The notes under the pieces are model-generated. The model had not been told where the DNA came from. It did no database searches and saw only the letters and a list, made by a program, of their open reading frames with translations. From Bacteroidota bacterium (GTDB lineage: Bacteria > Bacteroidota > Bacteroidia > Palsa-965), in assembly GCA_013289095.1 (NCBI GenBank), contig JABDAO010000003.1, positions 1,690-65,689 of the forward strand: a DNA stretch of 64,000 bases. Reading direction: 5' to 3'. Each line of letters starts with the position of its first letter. Positions within the stretch are counted from its first letter, which is position 1. Shown one piece after another: positions 10,972-19,485 of this stretch. A program made the translations under genes and the position numbers.

Positions 10972-11045
10972 CCCTTCCGTTTTAGATCAGCATTTTTTTT
11001 CCATACGCCCATTTTCAGGTAGCGGATACGCCTTACATCAACCCT

Positions 11046-11741
11046 ATGACAAGCCTTCCGCCCCAGATCATTTACGAAGACAACCACATCCTGGCCGTCA
11101 ACAAACGTCCATCAGAACTGGTGCAGGGCGATAAGACCGGGGATGAACCCATGAGCGATGCCCTGAAACGGTATATCAAGGAAAAATACGACAAGCCGGG
11201 AGGCGTTTATCTGGGCACCGTTCACCGCATAGACCGTCCGGTGAGCGGGATCGTGTTGTTTGCCCGTACCAGCAAGGCGCTTTCGAGGCTCAATGAAATG
11301 TTCAGGGACAAGGAAATACAAAAGACCTATTGGGCCGTTGTAAAAAACAAGCCTCAGAAACCTTCGGGCGCCTTGATCCACTATCTGAAAAAGAATGAAG
11401 CAAAAAACATGTCGAAGGCATTCGACAAAGAACAACCCGGCACCTTAAAATCCGAACTCGATTATAAGATCCTCTTCAGTTCAGACAATTACCACCTCCT
11501 CGAAATAAACCCGCATACCGGGCGTCATCACCAGATCAGGGTACAGCTTTCGGCCATGGGTTGCCCCATCAAGGGTGATCTGAAATACGGCTTTAACCGT
11601 TCGAACGAAAACGGTTCTATACATCTCCATGCCCGGCAGATCGATTTTATCCACCCCGTAAAAAAAGAAGCGATGCGCATCGTTGCCGATCCTCCCGATG
11701 ATCCGCTCTGGAATTATTTCAGGAAGCAATTGGCAATCTAG
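11046..11741 (+). CDS. RluA-family pseudouridine synthase (short form)
   Basis: 231 aa. Catalytic block GTVHRIDRPVSGIVLFART (HRLD-type Asp motif) plus the HTGRHHQIRVQL block. Confidence 0.85.
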   Translation: MTSLPPQIIYEDNHILAVNKRPSELVQGDKTGDEPMSDALKRYIKEKYDKPGGVYLGTVHRIDRPVSGIVLFARTSKALSRLNEMFRDKEIQKTYWAVVKNKPQKPSGALIHYLKKNEAKNMSKAFDKEQPGTLKSELDYKILFSSDNYHLLEINPHTGRHHQIRVQLSAMGCPIKGDLKYGFNRSNENGSIHLHARQIDFIHPVKKEAMRIVADPPDDPLWNYFRKQLAI

Positions 11742-12117
11742 CGCGCTTTTACGGTTCAAATTGGATTAACCCAACATGAACAGTAAAAACGTAGTGCACT
11801 ACTGTTCAGTGCGTTTGGATTTTGTGCAGTCGCGATATTCATCGGCATGGGTTATCCCTGCCTGCCGTCTCGCAAGCCTCTAAGCTACGGCAGGCAGGCC
11901 GCTGCTCCTGAGAGCTGGCGGCCCTTTCAAAGCGCCAGCCATCTTCAACTCAAAAATTCCAGCTAACTTGTTCTAAACCATTGGTAATTTGATTGTTGGA
12001 TACTGAAGAAGTTAGCAATTTGATTCTCCTTTTCCAGCGCATAGAAATCCGGGTTTAGTGTCTTCTCGGGAGCATGTTTGTTCCCATTTCCAGGCAGAGG
12101 AAGCAAACACTCTTCTT

Positions 12118-12474
12118 CTTCGTAAATACACCCTTTTCCTTCATAAACACACCCTGCTCCTTCGTCAATACATGCTTCTCCTTCGTCAATACACCCTTTT
12201 TCTTCGTCAATACACCCTTCTCCTTCATAAATACTCCCTTCTTCTTCGTCAATACATCCTTCTCCTTCGTCAATACATGCTTCTCCTTCGTAAATACACC
12301 CTTCTCCTTCGTCAATACATCCTTCTCCTTCGTCAATACATCCTTCTCCTTCGTCAATACATGCTTCTCCTTCGTCAATACACCCTGCTCCTTCGTCAAT
12401 ACACCCTGCTCCTTCGTCAATACACCCTTCTGCTTCGTAACTACACCCTTTTTCTTCGTATACGATTCCGACTC
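12118..12474. repeat. Tandem array A: 17 units of exactly 21 bp (consensus cttcgtcaatacaNNcttctc)
   Basis: I phased the units by hand at 12118, 12139, 12160 and so on up to 12454 with no indels. Variation is concentrated at unit positions 14-15 (cc/tg/tc). The + strand is strongly pyrimidine-rich. All overlapping ORFs in the track are repeat artefacts. Confidence 0.9.
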
Positions 12475-12606
12475 TTTCTTGGTGGGTCTATTCTATAAAC
12501 TGTGTCATTCGTTTAAATTTTATCATTCTGTCTCCAAAGATACTATGAGTTCCTTTTCAGGAAATTGCTGCATTTGAATTCAGGCCCTTTAAGGAAAGGC
12601 CTATGC

Positions 12607-13014
12607 TTACCACCCCTCTCCCCTCCGGTTCGCTTTCTTTTCAGACAGTTTTTTCTTGCCTTCAATCCGTTTTCGTTTCGAGGCTTTGGAGGGTTTGGTC
12701 TTGTACCGCTTCTTTTCGGGTTTGAGCGCTTTTTCGAGGAGATCGAAAAACTGTTGTATGACAATCTGTTTGTTGCCTAACTGCGAACGTTCGGTTTGGG
12801 AGACGAGCTTTAAGAAACCTTCTTTATTGATACGCGACTGAAGTTTGCTGGTAATCAGCATCTTTTGATCATCCCTGAGTATCTGTGAGCCTGCCACATC
12901 AAAACCCAGTTCTACCTTGGTGCTCACTTTGTTGACATTCTGTCCACCGGCCCCTCCGCTTCGGCTGGCCTGAAAATGCAATTCTGAGCTGAAATCTATA
13001 TCCCTGATATTCAT
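12607..13014 (-). CDS. arfB: Alternative ribosome-rescue factor ArfB (peptidyl-tRNA hydrolase, YaeJ type)
   Basis: Start taken at the internal ATG (13014): MNIRDIDFSSELHFQASRSGGAGGQNVNKVSTKV carries the GGQ motif. The basic C-terminal tail is KKRYKTKPSKASKRKRIEGKKK. Confidence 0.85.
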   Translation of the reverse strand: MNIRDIDFSSELHFQASRSGGAGGQNVNKVSTKVELGFDVAGSQILRDDQKMLITSKLQSRINKEGFLKLVSQTERSQLGNKQIVIQQFFDLLEKALKPEKKRYKTKPSKASKRKRIEGKKKLSEKKANRRGEGW

Positions 13015-13285
13015 TTGATTTGTATTCTCCTTTACACATACGGGCAACCTCTTCCCGTTATGTACGTCCTGAATACAAGGGTAAAGTTAAATTGAAATAC
13101 ATTCCCTATTTTTTTGTACCTTTAATAAATCATTCCGGCGCTTCTTTTCAAAAGCCCAACTGAAGAGAAATCGTTCTCTTCAAACGCAGTACCGGTTTAC
13201 GTTGAGTCAGGATTCATCTGTTTTCTTCCTTTTTCAACATACGCTTCAAAAACCGGCTTTTTCGAATCTGCAATTTTCAGAACCT

Positions 13286-13723
13286 ATGAAAACCATCTGC
13301 TGTTGTACCCTCTTTTTGTTTATTTTTATCGGCCTTGCGTCTGCACAAACCCAAACCAAACGTTCTGTAAAAAGGGAATATTACAGTTCGGGGTGTCTGC
13401 ACCTCTTGATCCGCACCCGTGTCACGACAAACCGGTTTCCGCAACCCCAGCATAATTATAAACGCTCGGTGGTGGATATTTGGGAGTATTATGAAAACGG
13501 AAATATCAAGTCACGCCAACGGAGGATACGAAAGGTTGGCGACAGCGGCAGGCCCTATTATGAACTGCTGACGGATGAAAAATTTTTTGATGAAAACGGA
13601 ACCATACAAAGCAGCCAGACCAGCCGTTGCGATCATACCAAAATCATCCACAAAGAATATGACACTTCCGGCAACCTGGTTTACAAAAGCATTGCCAAAC
13701 CCTGGCGTAAAAACGGACAGTAA
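13286..13723 (+). CDS. Secreted protein with MORN-variant (YwqK-like) repeats
   Basis: Start at the internal ATG gives the signal peptide MKTICCCTLFLFIFIGLASAQ. Repeated segments resemble W/EYYxxGxxK (EYYSSG, WEYYENGNIKS, FFDENGTIQS, EYDTSGNLVYKS). Confidence 0.5.
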   Translation: MKTICCCTLFLFIFIGLASAQTQTKRSVKREYYSSGCLHLLIRTRVTTNRFPQPQHNYKRSVVDIWEYYENGNIKSRQRRIRKVGDSGRPYYELLTDEKFFDENGTIQSSQTSRCDHTKIIHKEYDTSGNLVYKSIAKPWRKNGQ

Positions 13724-15023
13724 CAGGTTCCGGTGGTTTCTGCTTCTGCTTCTGTTCAACCCTGAGGCACAGGCCCAGACTGCTGAAATTCAAAAACTAA
13801 AAATTGACACCCAGCACCGCATCGACGCCTATCTGGATAAAGAAAAAAAACTGGGAGCCTTTTATTCCATCACCGACCAGGGATTTGAACTGTTTTCTTC
13901 ACCTGAAAAAAAATTAAAAAAGGAACACGAGTGTATTGTATATTGGAATGAACTGAGCTGTTTTGAGCTCAATGTAATTCCATCCAAATCTCCTTTTAGC
14001 GAATTAAAACGTCTGGCAGATTCACACCGTACAACGAGCAGTACAGGGTGTCTTCCGGTTTGCGGAGGAAGCTTTGTCAGGAGCCCTGGTACCCCCCTTG
14101 CCGGATACCGCATCGCCCTCGACCCGGGTCATACCGCCGGAACCCTGGAATCGGGAAGAGTAGAACAAAAGTTTTTAGACATCCCTGCCGACTCGATTCA
14201 TCACCGCTACCCTGCCGTGCAACTTGTGGAAGGGCACCTCACCCTCGGAACAGCACTCACACTGAAAAAGAAACTCGAAGCTGCAGGAGCTACCGTTCTG
14301 ATGACCCATTCAAAACCCGATGAAACAGCCTTCGGCATGACATTCGAAGAATGGATGAAGACAAAACTTGATCATGCACTCGACAGCCTGGTGGCCTGTA
14401 AAACCATTACGAACGAACAACGCATCTTTTACAAAACCAGGGCCGATAAACGCAAGCTCTTCCGCGATATCTTCCGCGACCTGGAACTCCAGAAACGGGC
14501 TGATCTGATCAATGCTTTTAAACCCGACATCACTGTCATCATCCACTACAATGTAGACGAAAAAAATACCGACTGGAAAAAAGTAACAGACAAAGATTTT
14601 GTCATGACTTTTATAGGAGGAAGCATGTTGCCTGCAGACCTCAACAAACCCGAAAAACGGTTTGAATTCCTCCGTCTGGCCCTCACCAACGACCTCGACC
14701 TGTCTGAAGAACTTAGTTCCAACGTAGCGAAGAGTTTTACCGACACCCTACACATACCGATAGCCGGTAAAAAGGATGCCGATTATCTGGATAAAAATTG
14801 CCTTGCCACAAAAAGCAAGGGGGTCTATTGCCGCAATCTGATCCTCACCCGTATTATCCACAGCCCGCTTGTGTATGGCGAAACCATTTATCAGGACAAT
14901 AAAACGGAAAGCCTGAAACTCATGCAGGAGGATGCACAGATTGAAGGAGTAAAAACCTCAGCACGGGTGCGGCAGGTGGCCGATGCATATTATAGCGGGA
15001 TTCTCGTCTATTTCCACAATTAA
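13659..15023 (+). CDS. N-acetylmuramoyl-L-alanine amidase-like protein (Amidase_3-like)
   Basis: YRIALDPGHTAG and DITVIIHYNV resemble the metal-ligand blocks of family-3 amidases. A hydrophobic FRWFLLLLLFNPEAQAQ segment acts as a signal. The start is uncertain (13575 in the ORF track, ATG at 13659) and overlaps the previous gene. Confidence 0.5.
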   Translation: MTLPATWFTKALPNPGVKTDSNRFRWFLLLLLFNPEAQAQTAEIQKLKIDTQHRIDAYLDKEKKLGAFYSITDQGFELFSSPEKKLKKEHECIVYWNELSCFELNVIPSKSPFSELKRLADSHRTTSSTGCLPVCGGSFVRSPGTPLAGYRIALDPGHTAGTLESGRVEQKFLDIPADSIHHRYPAVQLVEGHLTLGTALTLKKKLEAAGATVLMTHSKPDETAFGMTFEEWMKTKLDHALDSLVACKTITNEQRIFYKTRADKRKLFRDIFRDLELQKRADLINAFKPDITVIIHYNVDEKNTDWKKVTDKDFVMTFIGGSMLPADLNKPEKRFEFLRLALTNDLDLSEELSSNVAKSFTDTLHIPIAGKKDADYLDKNCLATKSKGVYCRNLILTRIIHSPLVYGETIYQDNKTESLKLMQEDAQIEGVKTSARVRQVADAYYSGILVYFHN

Positions 15024-15179
15024 CAGAACGGGGGGCGGGCACTAGCGTTTAATTCCGGGCTCTCTAATCCATGTACCCACATGCAATTGCTCGTGCTCAA
15101 ACACAAATCCTCACGCACCCATTTTCATGCCTTCATTGAAACGGTTTCGGGGCATTCTTTTTTGCGTACCTTGGGAGCG

Positions 15180-16082
15180 ATGAAAAAGCGGAGTAGCTGG
15201 AGCGTATCTCTACGTTTTCTATTGGTGATGGGGATGGGGCCTGTCTGCGGAACAATTCATTCGCAAAACAACACCGATTCACCATTTTATCAGGCAGGCA
15301 TAGCCGAAGCTACGGTATATTCTGATCTTAAAACAGCCCTGAAAGCAGGTGACGCAGTCTACAAACTCCGGTTGATCAATTCGCCCTTCGACCCGAAATT
15401 ATTTCCTAAAATCACCCATTTGACAGGGCTTCAATGTCTGATGCTTGGTTCGAACGGAATCACGGCAATACCCATTGAATTGACGGGCTTCAGATCCCTG
15501 CTTTTTTTTTCAAGTTCTAAAAACAATCTGCATGCCCTGCCAGACGAGATTGCAGCCCTCCAAAACCTGGAATACCTGGAGTTGTTCGATACACGGCTGG
15601 ATTCATTTCCACAAAGCCTGTGCTATCTGCACCGATTGAAAGCGCTTACGTTCGAAAATAACCTGGCCGATACCTTCCGCCTGCCTTTGAATTTTGGGGA
15701 ATTGGGCTCCCTGGAGGAACTGACCTGTTATAAAATAAACATCTATCATTTACCAGCTTCGATGGGTGATTTTAAAAAACTTAAGACCTTCTATCTCTCC
15801 GATTCGAAGCTCAAAAGCCTGCCCTCAGCACTCGGTAACTTAACCAAACTGGAGACCCTTGTGCTCGACAACAACCAGCTTACATCCCTGCCGAAGAATC
15901 TCTTCAAACTCTCTAACCTGGCCTATCTTTCGTTAAAAAACAACAAGATCGCCCATATATCTGATTATATATGTTACCTCACCAGCCTTGCCGAACTCGA
16001 TTTGAGCGGCAACCCCATATCAGAACCCGAACGGGATATCTTGCATGCCCTGCTCCCCGGATGCAGGATCATTTACAGATAG
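15180..16082 (+). CDS. Leucine-rich repeat (LRR) protein, secreted
   Basis: Start at the ATG at 15180 (MKKRSSWSVSLRFLLVMGMG). At least 9 LxxLxLxxNxLxxLP repeats, e.g. LETLVLDNNQLTSLPKNLFKLSNLAYLSLKNNKI. Confidence 0.8.
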   Translation: MKKRSSWSVSLRFLLVMGMGPVCGTIHSQNNTDSPFYQAGIAEATVYSDLKTALKAGDAVYKLRLINSPFDPKLFPKITHLTGLQCLMLGSNGITAIPIELTGFRSLLFFSSSKNNLHALPDEIAALQNLEYLELFDTRLDSFPQSLCYLHRLKALTFENNLADTFRLPLNFGELGSLEELTCYKINIYHLPASMGDFKKLKTFYLSDSKLKSLPSALGNLTKLETLVLDNNQLTSLPKNLFKLSNLAYLSLKNNKIAHISDYICYLTSLAELDLSGNPISEPERDILHALLPGCRIIYR

Positions 16083-16195
16083 ACATGAAGTCTGCATTAA
16101 TTCTGTCACTTTGATGGAAAAGGAGCTGATTATCCTTAAATTTGAAACAATTAAAAACAGAATCCAATTAATTTTAATCATAAACAAAAGAAAAA

Positions 16196-16711
16196 ATGAC
16201 AACCACCGAATTTCAACTAAGCACAGCCCTCATCGCAGAGCTGAAGCACGAAGGAGCAACTACCCGCAAGATGCTGGCATTGGTCCCAACCGACAAACTG
16301 ACCTACAAACCACACGAAAAATCGATGATTTTGGAGAACCTCGCAAAACACCTGGCCGAGATCCCAACCTGGACCAGTGTCATCCTGAATCAGGACGAGC
16401 TTGATTTTGCAAAACCATATCCAAAAACGCCTTCCTTCACCACGTCGGCCGAACTGCTTGCCATGTATGATAAAAATCTGGCAGAAGCCATAAAAGTGCT
16501 TGAAATCGTGAAGGAAGAAGAATTTTTCCGCAACTGGACCATGCGTCATGGAGAACAGATTTTCTTCACCATGCCCAAAGCTGCCGTAATACGCAGCTGG
16601 GTATTCAACCACAGTGTTCACCACCGCGCACAACTGGGCGTTTACCTGCGTCTGCTCAACATTGCACTGCCAAGCTCATACGGGCCTACTGCTGACGACA
16701 CGAAGATGTAA
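16196..16711 (+). CDS. DinB-family (four-helix bundle, metal-binding) protein
   Basis: 171 aa. Has histidine-containing helices typical of the DinB/YfiT superfamily (NLAKHLAEIPTW ... FNHSVHHRAQLGVYLRLL). Confidence 0.8.
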   Translation: MTTTEFQLSTALIAELKHEGATTRKMLALVPTDKLTYKPHEKSMILENLAKHLAEIPTWTSVILNQDELDFAKPYPKTPSFTTSAELLAMYDKNLAEAIKVLEIVKEEEFFRNWTMRHGEQIFFTMPKAAVIRSWVFNHSVHHRAQLGVYLRLLNIALPSSYGPTADDTKM

Positions 16712-16714
16712 GGA

Positions 16715-16810
16715 GATTTGGGATTTGGGATTTGGGATTTGGGATTTGGGATTTGGGATTTGGGATTTGGGATTTGGGATTTGGGATTTGGGATTTGGGA
16801 TTTGGGATTT
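16715..16810. repeat. Tandem array B: perfect heptanucleotide microsatellite with 13 GGG runs spaced 7 nt (unit GGGATTT)
   Basis: The GGG runs start at 16720, 16727 and so on up to 16804. The array begins 4 nt after the DinB-family stop codon. An inverted partial copy, aaatcccaaatccca, lies at 16883-16897. Confidence 0.95.
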
Positions 16811-16905
16811 TAAAAAGTAAAATTTAAAATTATTCAAACCGAAATCCAAAACAATTTACAAATAAATTCAGAATCTCTCATTAAATCCCAAATCCCAATT
16901 CTTTT

Positions 16906-17628
16906 TCAGGGTTTTTCTACCGGATGATAACGTAACACCCCACCCCATAGCCCCATCTGCGAAATGATCCAGGTTCGGCGTCGGAGGACAAAGGCATCGG
17001 GACGATCGGCATGAAAGATACGGGGATTGGGCAGCGTGGCGGCTATCGTTGCACATTCAAGACGGTTTATTTTAGAGGCGTCTTTGTGGAAATATTCACG
17101 CGAGGCAGCCTGGGCCCCGTATACTCCATCTCCCATCTCGATGACATTCAGATAGACGGCCATGATCCGCTCCTTGCTCCAGAAGCATTCTATCAGAAAT
17201 GTAAAATAAACTTCCAGGCCTTTCCTGATCCAGCTGCGCCCCTGCCAGAGAAAAACATTTTTGGCAGTTTGCTGGCTGATGGTACTGGCCCCGCGTTTAT
17301 GACTGTGTGTGTCGTTATAATCAATAGCGCGTTCGATTGCCTCATAATCAAAACCGTGGTGCTTTAAAAAATTCTGATCCTCCGAGCAGACAACGGCCAG
17401 CTGGAGATCGGGAGCTATTTTATCAAAGGACACCCATTCCTTTTTCATTTTCATCTCTTTTCCATTCATCTTCTGTTCCACACAACGGCTGAGCATTAAT
17501 GGAGTGACCGGCACAGGGAGCCATCTGAAAATGACAACGGAGCCTATGCTAACCACACTAAACCCGACTGTTATTTTTAAAAACAGACGCCAGATACGGG
17601 AAAACAGGTTTCGGGATTTCTCTTTCAC
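16906..17628 (-). CDS. mtgA: Monofunctional biosynthetic peptidoglycan transglycosylase (GT51)
   Basis: 240 aa with an N-terminal TM segment. Contains EDQNFLKHHGFDYEAIERA and RGASTISQQTAKNVFL. Confidence 0.9.
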   Translation of the reverse strand: MKEKSRNLFSRIWRLFLKITVGFSVVSIGSVVIFRWLPVPVTPLMLSRCVEQKMNGKEMKMKKEWVSFDKIAPDLQLAVVCSEDQNFLKHHGFDYEAIERAIDYNDTHSHKRGASTISQQTAKNVFLWQGRSWIRKGLEVYFTFLIECFWSKERIMAVYLNVIEMGDGVYGAQAASREYFHKDASKINRLECATIAATLPNPRIFHADRPDAFVLRRRTWIISQMGLWGGVLRYHPVEKP

Positions 17629-18458
17629 AGATGGGTTTCCTCCTCATCATCAAACCCGGCCCGGTGAAATACGCGCGCCTGTGGAAATTCGGTTTCGACC
17701 GCATTCCTCATCCTGTCGAGCTGTAGCAGGAGCGTAATAAAATCGTCTGTATGTTCTGGGAAAATAAACTGAAGTTGCCCCCAGGCAGCAAGGGAGCGGT
17801 CGATGGCAATCAACGCCACCTTGGCTGATCCATCAGAATCGCGGGGTTCGCCGGTATGCTCCTCCTCCCCCATTTTTCCGGTAAGCGCCCGCATGAGCTT
17901 CACCCAGATCTGGGGTTCATACCAGCGGATGATTTGAAGTGCATCGCTGATCAGTTCGGCTTCGGTAAGCGCTCGTTTCCCGCCGGCATTTAGTTTAACG
18001 CGGGTGTCGAGTTCTTTTTCCTTCTCGGCAACCAGGTCCTTGTTTAGGTCGAGCCAGGATTCTGTCAGATTGCTGTATTTCCAGGCAGCAAGGGCTACGG
18101 GATGTTGCCGGGCAGCCAGTTCCAGTTCCTCGTCTCTCTTCTTGAGGTACTCCCATTGCTGATCGTTGATGGCGCCTGGCTCCGTGTCTGTTTCACCCGA
18201 TATTTTGCGGATATATTCCAGAGTCTGGTTCATGACTTCGGAGAGATCGTCCCAGAATTCCCGGCTTCGGATGTCATGTGCTTCGAGGTCATCCAGTATA
18301 TCATTGCCCGGTTCATCGCGTATCTCCATGGCAAAACTCCTGCATTTTCCGGTAAAGGCACAACGCTCACACCAGCGGTCGCAATAGTTATAAATGCCAG
18401 GGATCCATTTGGGATTCTCCGTTTCATTCAGACCAGCATGTTTTCGAGGAGTACTCAT
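17625..18458 (-). CDS. Hypothetical acidic helical protein with an N-terminal CX3CX2CX6C motif
   Basis: Start at the ATG at 18458 (MSTPRK...). Motif YNYCDRWCERCAFTGKC. The stop overlaps the mtgA start by 4 nt. No family was recognised. Confidence 0.6.
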   Translation of the reverse strand: MSTPRKHAGLNETENPKWIPGIYNYCDRWCERCAFTGKCRSFAMEIRDEPGNDILDDLEAHDIRSREFWDDLSEVMNQTLEYIRKISGETDTEPGAINDQQWEYLKKRDEELELAARQHPVALAAWKYSNLTESWLDLNKDLVAEKEKELDTRVKLNAGGKRALTEAELISDALQIIRWYEPQIWVKLMRALTGKMGEEEHTGEPRDSDGSAKVALIAIDRSLAAWGQLQFIFPEHTDDFITLLLQLDRMRNAVETEFPQARVFHRAGFDDEEETHL

Positions 18459-18525
18459 TGAACACAAAAATATCCATTATTCCGGATGAGGCGTATTTTT
18501 ATAGGGGAATAGAATGAGCGTATGC

Positions 18526-19485
18526 TCACAGATCAAATCCGGGGCATTGAGCAATGTGCGAACCAGGTGTCGGAGGGGCGGTACTTCCATACGGTGTATA
18601 CCCGAACATGACCTCCCGTGAATTGGAACCTCCATTCGAAAACTGCGAAACAGAATAATCGAACGAGAGGCCAAGCACCATTTTATTAAAGTACCTGAAC
18701 TGGATCATCATGACAATGGCATCTCCGTAGCGGTAAGAAATCCCTACGCCCACAGCCTTGTGGTAATAGACCAGCACATTCAGATCGATGGTCGGAAAAT
18801 AAGCTGCCGACGAAAGCAGCTGAAAAGAAGGGGTAACGGTCCATGCATAGTTGGGAGATGTAAACTGCCGGCCAACGGTAAAAAACAGTTCAGGGCTCAG
18901 GGTTTGTTTAACGCCAATCTCCTTGACCCCATCAATATTCACGGTGCGGTTATCCAGGACTTGTTTCGCAGCCAGGTCAAAATAAAGTCTGCGGGAAAAC
19001 AGCCGGATGCCGGGGTTGAAGATCGGGAATATAAACACGGGTATGGTGGATGCAAAAGCAGGATCAAAAGAGCTTTGAAGATAATTGCTCATCCCATACG
19101 AGGTTCCGCCAACCGAAGCTCCGATGGATATATTATAGTTATGTTTCAGCCTTTTGTGCCAGGCGTACATCACCGAAACGCTTTTGGTGGCAAATATACC
19201 TTCATCATCCGATTCGACATAGGCCCCGATTCCGTGCCAGCTGTGATAAAACCCTTTTTTTCCCAATGCCCTTGATATTCCGGCAAACATGGTAACAGGA
19301 GCGCCCGGAAAACCCACCCATTGCGTTCTTCTTCCCATGATAATCTCCAACGGGCCATTTTCACCGGCATACGCTGGATTCAACCCCACATTATTGAGCA
19401 TGTATTGAGAATACGAAGGTAACTGCTGGGCAAACACCCCGACAGTACACACAACCAGAAAGAAGAGTATGATGTTTGTTTTCAT
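18526..19485 (-). CDS. T9SS membrane protein of the PorP/SprF family
   Basis: 319 aa with a signal peptide, then the family-typical QQLPSYSQYMLNNVGLNPAYAG. The rest is rich in beta-strands. Confidence 0.85.
   Translation of the reverse strand: MKTNIILFFLVVCTVGVFAQQLPSYSQYMLNNVGLNPAYAGENGPLEIIMGRRTQWVGFPGAPVTMFAGISRALGKKGFYHSWHGIGAYVESDDEGIFATKSVSVMYAWHKRLKHNYNISIGASVGGTSYGMSNYLQSSFDPAFASTIPVFIFPIFNPGIRLFSRRLYFDLAAKQVLDNRTVNIDGVKEIGVKQTLSPELFFTVGRQFTSPNYAWTVTPSFQLLSSAAYFPTIDLNVLVYYHKAVGVGISYRYGDAIVMMIQFRYFNKMVLGLSFDYSVSQFSNGGSNSREVMFGYTPYGSTAPPTPGSHIAQCPGFDL

Noticed and set aside
11895-11945. TPP-riboswitch-like strings (ctgagag ... ccctttcaaag ... gccagc).
   Set aside because: There is only a loose resemblance to the CUGAGA / ACCCUUUGAACCUG core. 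No thiamine-related or any other gene lies downstream on that strand, since the next gene is convergent.
12118-12474. Possible CRISPR array (also considered for the arrays at 27487 and 47031).
   Set aside because: The units are contiguous, with no unique spacers between repeats. The unit length (21 bp) is below typical CRISPR repeat-plus-spacer periodicity, and no cas genes are nearby.
12055-12577. Three overlapping ORFs (121, 146 and 167 aa) with heptad repeats (VLTKEKD, LLRQYTL, SFVNTPF).
   Set aside because: All arise from the stop-free 21-bp array A. They open on TTG or weak starts, and several frames being open at once is what a repeat predicts. They are not called as genes, though translation cannot be excluded.
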